A model generated the notes under the pieces. It made no database searches. It had not been told where the DNA came from and saw only the letters and a list, made by a program, of their open reading frames with translations. Shown piece by piece: positions 55,211 through 64,000 of a stretch of 64,000 bases of DNA. A program made the translations under genes and the position numbers. Origin of the DNA: Gonapodya sp. JEL0774 (taxonomy: Eukaryota); the NCBI GenBank assembly GCA_027604505.1, contig JADIIX010000038.1:62001-126000 (forward strand), read 5' to 3'. Every line of letters begins with the position of its first letter. Positions within the stretch are counted from its first letter, which is position 1.

Positions 55211-56677
55211 CGAAAACTGCTACGTTGCTTAGTATTCCCACGATGCGAGGTGCGGTGCGGGCCAGAATACCCGCTATCAGTCTGTGAGATCGGATATATG
55301 TTCATTGGTACCTGGCTATCATGATATATGCCAAGATCGAGCAAATATATGAATATATGGGGGATAAGCGACTGAATGGATATTTTTTTCTTCCGTGTGG
55401 ACAATGTTGCAAGGAGTAATATTTCTTGCCGTCTTCGTTTCGTTCTGGATGTGGATAACATATGTATGGCTTCTTGGTTATCAACGAAAGATAGCACGTC
55501 CCTACTGGTTTTTGGTGGGAGACGTTCATAATCACGAGGACGGTCATCAATTATTTCAGGGCCACCCACGAGTTTTTGGTCCGCGTTCGCGACACAGATT
55601 TTCATTTTATCTCGTAATTTCTTGTTATCAAGTGCAAACGGCAATGCAAGCGCTCTCTGCATGCCATCAGCAAACGTTGCCCTGTGCCCTCAAGAGATAT
55701 CGGACTATATGACTAAAATATGAGTTTTTCTTTGACATTCTTGCGTGTACGATCAAACCAAACAAGGGGAAGGGATCAAAGTATATTCAACTGGATCTCG
55801 TTTTGGCCTTGACCTCGTCGGTGAGCCACGAGATCATAGAATTGCTCCTGCCTCCTCATTCTGCTGATTTACAAGCTCAATTGTGAGTTCGTTGGGGAAT
55901 GAATGCTGCTCCCCACCCACGGCGGAAGTCCGCCGCACCCTGATTCGTCTCATGCACAATTCACCGTGGTGTCCACCCGTCCGCGCACCACTCGTGCTTT
56001 CTATCACCTGAGCCTGCCCATTTGAAATCTCAACCGCCATGATTTTCCCCCATAAGGAATTTACGTTGCTTGACCCTCCTCCTGATCCCATTGTCCCCAC
56101 CCACCTTGTCGTCATATGCTCCTTTCCAATATCATGCCAATGCTCCTTCTTCCTCACCGCCTGACTACTTGCACACCATTTCATATCACCATCAATGGAG
56201 TGCACACAGGCGATAGAGCATCAAGAGAGGGAGGCGGTACCTTGATGAGTGAATGGAAGAGAGAGAGGAGAGGATGAGGGTGAGAGGCTGGGGGCAAAGT
56301 GGGGCGAAGCAGGTTCATTTCCGAGTTCCTCTTGCATCTTTTGTCGTGGAAGTAACGCTGAGACCGTGGATGAGCACTCGGGATCGGATACCTCACAGCA
56401 CTGTTCATGGCAAACCACGATGTCCAGCATCGAATCGTACCAACCACAAGCTAGAAGAAGACAAACTCACTAAGCGTGAAACGCCCACAATCATCCCCTG
56501 CGAGCTCCTGTACACCTGGTATGTTTCTCAAAACCGAAGTTCAGATCATCCGGGGAAACTGTGGTCGAGGACACCACTAACTCTGCGAGTACGGATCGCT
56601 GCAAAACTCCACGGACTGGGGCAATCCCGTCCATCCTATTCCATCGAATCCGATCTTGTTCGAGCTTGACCCCAATA

Positions 56678-58899
56678 ATGTCCGCGATGGCGAAGTCAGA
56701 CTCAAAAGAACACCTTCCTCCGCCGGTCGCATCACGAACAACGGAACCGTCACACTCGACGGCAACCATAAGTGCGGCGTTTCGGTGATTTGGTATGCCT
56801 TCTGCTTTTTGAATGTCCTTGTTTTGCTGGTCTCCCCATCAGCCGCTGTCATTGCCTCGTATTGGGCATGTTCCCTCTCTGTTGTCTTTCTCAACAAATA
56901 CATCCTCTCCGACTCAACATACACGTTCCCCTATCCCCTATTTGTCACCTGGTTCCAACTTGTAGTGGCGTTGGCGGTTTTGGTGGCGTGGGGATGGGCA
57001 GGACAGAGGTACGTGCAAATGAGCAATCTGTAGTGTCCCCAAACGGGGAAACACACAATTGGCCTGTTGGTGCGAAGAAGATGCAGCACAGAGCTAAATC
57101 ACACGATCTTGGCAGCAAGCATGTGGTAACCAGAATCCCGCTGGTTTTCGCGAGCCTTCTCAGACAATGAGAGCGCAGTCGTTGAATCGGGCGGACGGAT
57201 CTTTTTGTGTCTGTGGCGACCAATCTTCGTCAGCCCTTGTTGCGTTGAACGCTTGGAGAAACAGAAACTCACGCGCGAGAAGTGGATCGTGGAGGGAGGA
57301 GGAGTAATTGAGCCCCCGCATCGCGTATCACCACGTATCCTTCGTGACTCACACCTACATGATCTGTTTCTTTCTCGCTACCACCGCTGATCACCCTTCA
57401 CCTCTCTCGCGTCCCCCGTTCGGTGCTTAACCTGGTCTCACACTCACAGGATCCCGTCGATGTCCGTTATCCCCCCTTACGAGTTCCGCCTTGATATTGC
57501 AAAGAAAGTCGCGTCGCTGACGTTTGTCTATGTCATGATGCTGGCGTTCAATAATTTGTGTTTGCAGGTGGGTTGGTCGGTGGGGCACTGGATTGAGAGG
57601 AGAGGGGGGAACCGGGCGAAGGGGGCTGAGAACGCCTGACAGCACTCATGGATGAAGGGCAACTAGAGAAGAGGGACCGGACAGAGACCAAGGGTAGGAC
57701 GTGAAACAACCAGGCGATGTCAACTAGTGTGCGCCATTGATGGAGTACGTACCCAATTGTGAGGAGTATTTGATGGACGGCTTAACTAGGAGTGTGTACC
57801 ACGAACTGTACGTGGTGAAGGCAAGGTGGAGGAAAACGGTCGTGGATGGAAGTGCGCAGCTAGCACGGCCAAGAGCGAATAGTGCGTAGTGTGGTATGTG
57901 CCCCCAATCTCACCTCAGGAAATTCTCTGCGCATTAGTTCGTCGAAGTCACCTTCTACCAAGTCGCTCGCTCCTTGACCATCGTCTTCAACATCGTCTTC
58001 ACTTACATCATTCTCGGTACAACAACGAACCAGGAAACAATTTTCGCCTGCGCCATCGTGACTGCAGGGTTCGGCCTCGGGAGTTACGGTGAAATCAATT
58101 TTTCGTGGGCAGGATTGCTCTTTGGGGTGGGGAGCAGTGTGTTCGTTGCCTTGTATGGGATTTATGTGAAGAAGTCGCTTGCGGTGGTGGAAAACGATCA
58201 GTGGTGAGTCAGTCACGCTGCGATGGTGAAGATTAGCGGGATTACGACACAGTGAGTCATTACTCTTCCTCTCATGCCATTGGCTCACTCGCAAGGCGGC
58301 TTCTCCACTACAACACCACCATTGCAATCATTATGTTGTTCCCTCTTGTGGTAATGTCTGGAGAGCTCTCTGATATGATGGACGAAGTGACATTTTGGGA
58401 CGATATGACGTGCGTGAAAATGGCCAAAGCCGAGTTATCTAATTCGCGCGATATAAGATTGATCGCTTATCACAACCTTCGCGCGCGGCCATCACACATC
58501 GGCGACACCAACACATTCACCGCGCCGACTCGTCACACCTCCCCATTCAGCTTTTGGTCCGTCATGACGTTGACCGGCCTGACTGGCTTCCTCATCAATA
58601 TCACCACCTTTCTTCAAATCAAGTATACCTCCCCTCTTACAAACACAATTTCGGGTACTGCCAAGGCTTGTGCCCAGACCATAATCGCAGCCGCTGTGTA
58701 TAGAAATCCAATCTCTTTATTGGTGAGTGGCGTGAGGGTCTGGCTGGAGGAAGGAACAGTTCTTGGAAGTTTGTTTGACATGTCCGCCGTGCTCTTCACC
58801 GTATTTTCCATGCAGAACGGTGTGGGAATCATGCTTTCGCTGGCGGGTTCGGCCTTCTACTCCTATGTACGATATAAGGAAATGATTGCGAGACGATAA
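56678..58899 (+). CDS. GDP-fucose transporter (SLC35C1-like nucleotide-sugar transporter)
   Basis: VIASYWACSLSVVFLNKYIL, PLFVTWFQLVV, FNNLCLQ|FVEVTFYQVARSLTIVFN, QIKYTSPLTNTISGTAKACAQT. Confidence 0.9.
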
Positions 58900-59018
58900 T
58901 TGTGGATAATAGACATAGTAGAATCCAATAGAGATAATGTGGTATGAGGAATGTTCGGTTTGAGGCGATGACGCAAGCGGCTACTAAACAAAGATCGGAA
59001 GTCCCTCAAGATGGACAT

Positions 59019-60537
59019 CATGCAGACGCCAACGGCTAGAAGTCTTGCGAGAATTCGCCTCGCGCTCGCATTTTTGCTCCTCAGAGAAAGGCCCGTTGAA
59101 ATGGAAATTGAAGGTCAGAAACATTCGTAGAACGTCCGAAGGGCAGCTAATCAAACCAAATCTCTCAGAATACCTCGAGTTTATACTAGATGAAATCTCA
59201 ATCGATGAGAAATCTCTCAACGTCGCTGTTGGGAAGCTCAAACAGGCTTTTTGGACTACGGAACAGATAGCGGTGGAACAAACTTCGGTGAGAAAGAGCA
59301 CCAACGATCTTAGGAAACAGGTTGCAGATCTGAGGAGCGAGGTAGTAATGTTGAAGAGGAAGATTGCGGAGATCGAAGGTTGTAGAAACTGTACCGATAT
59401 AGCTTGGGACAACTGTCACTGATATCGATCGACCCTAGATGACGACACACAGCCTGGCGGCCACTCCAATACAATAGAAACCGGTGGTACTGTAAAGCGG
59501 CATCCCGCGGGTTTGTTATTGTGCATAGTTGTCAGTCGAAGTGGGCGGGAGAAGTTACCTGATGCTCCTTCCCTGCATCCGCAAAGCGTCTCAACATCTC
59601 TCCGTCTACCGCAAAGCTAGAATCCTCCAGCGCATCTGTCGGGATTGTGACCTTGATCCAGATAAACCCAGTGTGGAGCGTTTTGTTGTCACCGAAGTTA
59701 CGGAATGGTTCGTCAACGCGTTTGTAGCACACTTGGCCAGTAATACCGAGGCACTGGCCGGCATGGAACCTTTGCCACAAATCGTAGAAGCTTTCGGAAA
59801 GTTTGTGGAGAACATGCCGGGTATGTGCGGGAATACGTTTGGTCGTACTGTAGCTCTGCCGTATCCCCTCACATGGTTCAACAGCCCAGATCACTGGCGA
59901 TCCTGAAGTTCTTTTGGCTATTTCTCGTGCTCTACTCCATGTTCTCAGATCGTTCACAACCTATATCACGGAACGTATCACTCAGACGCTCTTCCGCACT
60001 TCTCTCGCTCGACCCTTTCAGTCAGCTCTTTCGATTTGCGACCTCCTGGTTCCGCTCGCAGCTCGCATTTCCAACAAACTACCACCAGTACTGGATTTTT
60101 TGTCTCATTTTATAACCAAAGAGTGCGACAAGATGACCGAAAGAATACAAAATGAACCATCGGAATCGTTTGAGGACGCGGCAATGGCGTACAGTAAGCC
60201 CGATCGCCCTCGAGAGAAGGTTCACAGAGATGTAGCACTCGAGTGTTCCAATAAAGAAGTGTTGCTGTTTTTTGCAAGTCTCTTGGAGGGATTACTTCCC
60301 GGAAATCGGAGTCAACGTGAGGTTGAAACACGTTTTCCCTCCAAACGACATGGTACTAATACAAATTCGTCATCAGTCTTTCTGATTGACGATGTCTTGC
60401 AGCGCCTTCAAATATGCGCCGAGGACTTGCGTGATGGATTGCTGACGAATCGATTGCAACGTGTGCGAGCGGCGATTACGCCAGCCACTATAGTGGTCGA
60501 CTACTGTTTTGCAAAGTTGTCTACTTCACCAAAATAA
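59019..60537 (+). CDS. hypothetical protein (N-terminal coiled coil; exon structure uncertain)
   Basis: Three consecutive same-strand ORFs: 59045-59422, 59529-59906, 59914-60537. Confidence 0.4.
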
Positions 60538-60869
60538 AGCATAAAGTGGAGAATAAAAGAGTGTTTTTGGTATCCAGCTTGTCTGATCCGATGCTACATC
60601 ATTCAGGGCTCCATGTCCGTCCCAAATATAGTTGCGGGAACGAAACGGGAAAAAGTAAAATACATGGAAATGAGCTTGTAATGATTTACACAGATTTAAG
60701 CGAACTCATATGCTTTAAGCGGGGAGAAGGATACGTTGCAGAGTTTGAAGCTCTCTCGCATGTGTCAATCAGCGTTGTGTGCAAAAGGTAGTGCAATTGT
60801 GCCGGCCTAATCGGAGACCGAATTGTAACTATGCTACGTTTGCTAGTGATTTTAAGACTCGTTCAGCAA

Positions 60870-63481
60870 TCAGGGCTCAACACGCCGTGGGTCACGGGGG
60901 AACAAACTCGTCCGCCGGATATTGCCGAGCGCACAGTAGAGCATGATCACACGTTCCAATCCTAATGAGTTGCTCAGTCAATACGACCAGCTTATTCAAG
61001 ACCGAACTGAAAAGACCCACCGATTCCACCACCAGCGTGTGGCGGTACCCCGTATTTAAACGCATCCAAGTATCCCTGGATTGTTTTCACGTCAACACCA
61101 TGCTCCTTTACACGCTCCCTTAACAAGTTAACGTCATGAACTCGTTGCGCGCCAGACATGATTTCCTCGCCCCTCATGAAGACATCGTAGGAGTTGGAAT
61201 AGCCCTTCAAATCGGGCATAATTTAGAGAATGTGACGAATTTACCTCCTACAGATTCAAGCTTACCGGTTGTTGGGGGTCGGGCATTGTGTAGAAAGGGC
61301 GAACTGCGAGGGGGAATTTGTCGATAATGTAGAAGTCGGTGTCATGCTTGGCTTTGACAAGTCTTCCAAGAAGCTTTTCTTGGTCGGTACTGCGAATGAA
61401 AGGTACTACTGAGAATGCAATCCCACCAGTTTCATTGTTTCGGCAAAGACGCAGCACCTCATGTCGTCGTAGTCACCAATCGTCACACCATTCTCTCGCA
61501 GCAGCGCGATGGCATCCTTGTAGTGCAAGCGCAATTTCTTCGCTTTGAAATCATCGAATGGAAATTGACGCTTGATAACTTCTAGCTCGGTTGCGTATCG
61601 GGTGGTGAGTCCCTTGAAAATATGCAAGAACATGCCCTCGAACATGTCAACCACTTCATGGTAGTGCTCCTGGAAAGCCATTTCGAAGTCGAGGCCAACA
61701 AATTCAGTCATGTGACGGTGGGTGAACGAGTTCTCAGCGCGGAAAACTGTGTTCAAAACGATGTCACGGATTGACCTTGAACGGACCCGATTCCGGCCTT
61801 TCGGAAAGCTTACGAACCTGGGCCAATTTCGTATACTCGCTCAAAGTCAGCACAAATGCACATTTGCTTGTAAAACTGGGGTGATTGGGCCAGGAACGCG
61901 TCACCTTAGGTTCCGTGATAGAGATGTCGACATTCATGATAAAATTCGGGCTCCAAACGAGCAGCTCACGATTAAAGTACGAAACCTTGAACACATTGGC
62001 ACCACCTTCACTTGCAGCGGGAATTATCTTCGGAGAGTGAATCTCTGTGAAGCCATGTCCGTCCAAGTATTCTCGGAAGAGCTTGGAAACTCCAGCCTGG
62101 ATTTTGAAGATAGCTTGGTTCGTGGTGGTCTATCGAGAGATGATAGTTTCGTGTGATGGATCATATGATGACGAAAACATGAGACTCACCCTTAAGTCGA
62201 TGACCCTATGCTTCAGTCTCGTGACAAGAAGCACTTTGGGAGCCGATTGCTCAGTGGTCGGCGCCTTTTCAGAACAAAGAAAGCGGACTATCGGTATTCT
62301 CCACTTACACAGGCGAAATACAGCGAAAGACACTCACTTCCTCTGCTTCCTCTCCCTCCTCATCCTCACCGGGCGGCAGTGGTCGCGTGGCATCTTCAAG
62401 TGTGAATGGCAACCGCCCGTCACTTTTATTCTCACAGAATAACTTACCGAAGCTCCAGTTCAGTGACTGCGAGACGCATCCACCACCAATAGTCTTCTCT
62501 CACCTGACTGATTTGCAGTTCAACATCCTGCACAGTGCACGACTTAACGAGATCCGGAACTTTGGATACCTTTGCTTCCACGAGCACAATGGATTCAGCC
62601 GGGACGCTGAGGCATAGCCAACATACATGATATTGTGATTCCCATTTGATCGCTATCGAGACTCGCTTCTCATACCTGGAAACGAATTTAATCATTTGCT
62701 TGCTGACGGTGTTAGCATCAACGGAAACGACTGCCTGGACTGTGTGTTCGCGCTGACGAAGCACCAAAAAGCCCTTCTTGGCACCTGCAGCCGAATAGCT
62801 TGTTCGTCACCCACAAAACAGATTAATTGACGACAACAAATCTCACCGACACCGCGGTAGGTCTGCACACGGGCACGGAGGTGTACGACCTCATCGGCAA
62901 TGGCCGCAGAGAGATCTTTGATGTTGGTCCGTTTTTGACCTGAATGACTGGACACGTAAGCAAAAGGTTCGTGCATTCTGACAAAAGAAAATGTATATCA
63001 CCTGTTCTAGATGTCGATTGGTTGACTGGGAGTTCGCCATATTTGCCCTTGGAGTAGTCCTGAGTGATTCAACAGGAGCAGAGGTGTTCTTCACTGGGGC
63101 AATGGGCACGGTAGACAAACTCATCGAGCTCACATCTGCATCAGCAGCAGCTTTTTCTGCGGCCTTTCGGGGGATGCATTAGTTGGAATCTAAATCGTTG
63201 GAAGTGTTCTTGCAGCCGACAGACTCACCAGTTTCGCCGCCATCTCCTGCTTCTTCGCCTCCTTCTCCTGTTGTTGCTGATGATGCAATCCAGGCGTAAG
63301 TCATATTTCAATCAATCCAATCAATTCGATCCGTGACACAGGAGGAACCCTTGGAACATGCAACACTTGAATGTACCTGAAGCTTCTTGAGGGCCTTTTT
63401 TGACAGAGGCTTCCCGTCCTCCCCGAGAACTACTTCTTCCTCTTTCGATTCAGCTGCGGTTGGTTCCGTGGTAGGTTGCAT
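60870..63481 (-). CDS. DPS1: cytosolic aspartyl-tRNA synthetase (start approximate)
   Basis: [107 protein letters not shown]. Confidence 0.96.
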
Positions 63482-64000
63482 TGGCGTAGAATCCGTGAAA
63501 GTGAACGATGTTTTTACTTGAACAGTGTGGCACGGACGATGCTGGGCTCGCCCAACAAGGTTGCGGGAACACCCTTGTAACGCAGTATGAATTTATAGAT
63601 GGCACGAACGACCACATACTTTCTTACAAATTAGATGATGATGGTCGAGAAGGCTCATGGGGAAGGCATTGTTCAGATCTATTCCCAAGCACGCTTCCAC
63701 AAAACACTGATTCCAACTCTCAATCCACAGTCAAGTTCCTCACCAGAGCGGGATTCCAGAATAACACATTGTCCGTGTATGTAACTTGTGCAACCGTTGT
63801 TGCGATTCGTTTACTTATAGTTTGAAATGTACCAAACTGGGAGAGCCAGAGAAGTCACAGAAATCAAGTGTGCGGATCTCATGGAGACCCAATCATCAGT
63901 CTGAGGGTATGTAAGCGTGACAAGCAGCGACGTTTCGTTGATAAATCTTGCAACTTGCATCATGGTACAACAAATCAGGAGATTTGTCTGCAGTGAACCA

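Noticed and set aside
55830..56350. Possible transposon relic in intergenic DNA
   Set aside because: No recognisable transposase/RT motif or terminal repeats could be identified by eye

Overview
Intron-rich eukaryotic nuclear DNA, most likely from an early-diverging (chytrid/monoblepharid-like) fungus. That placement is inferred from short GT-AG introns, fungal-type Sec65/Nup57/Sea4 and genes rare in yeasts (GDP-fucose transporter, DBH-like monooxygenase). About 20 genes can be supported: VIT1-family iron transporter, Nup57/54, Sea4/Mios, two F-box proteins, an Fe-type SOD, SRP19/Sec65, a SIRT4-class sirtuin, catalase-peroxidase KatG, a WD40 protein, glycerol kinase, a fasciclin protein, a bZIP factor, MRPL16, UBE2S, a DOMON/copper monooxygenase, a GDP-fucose transporter, AspRS and several hypotheticals. 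Three features stand out. (1) A ~3.6 kb CpG-poor array of ~24 units (46.0-49.6 kb) in which conserved bulged inverted arms enclose a hypervariable spacer; it is flanked by very GC-rich genes whose introns carry a shared mini-hairpin repeat family with flip/flop palindromes. (2) Bacterial-type, intron-containing iron/ROS genes (Fe-SOD, KatG, VTL-type VIT). (3) A rearranged local duplication at 11.5-16 kb containing an internally deleted SOD pseudogene and decayed SRP19 fragments. Exon boundaries were read by eye and are approximate.
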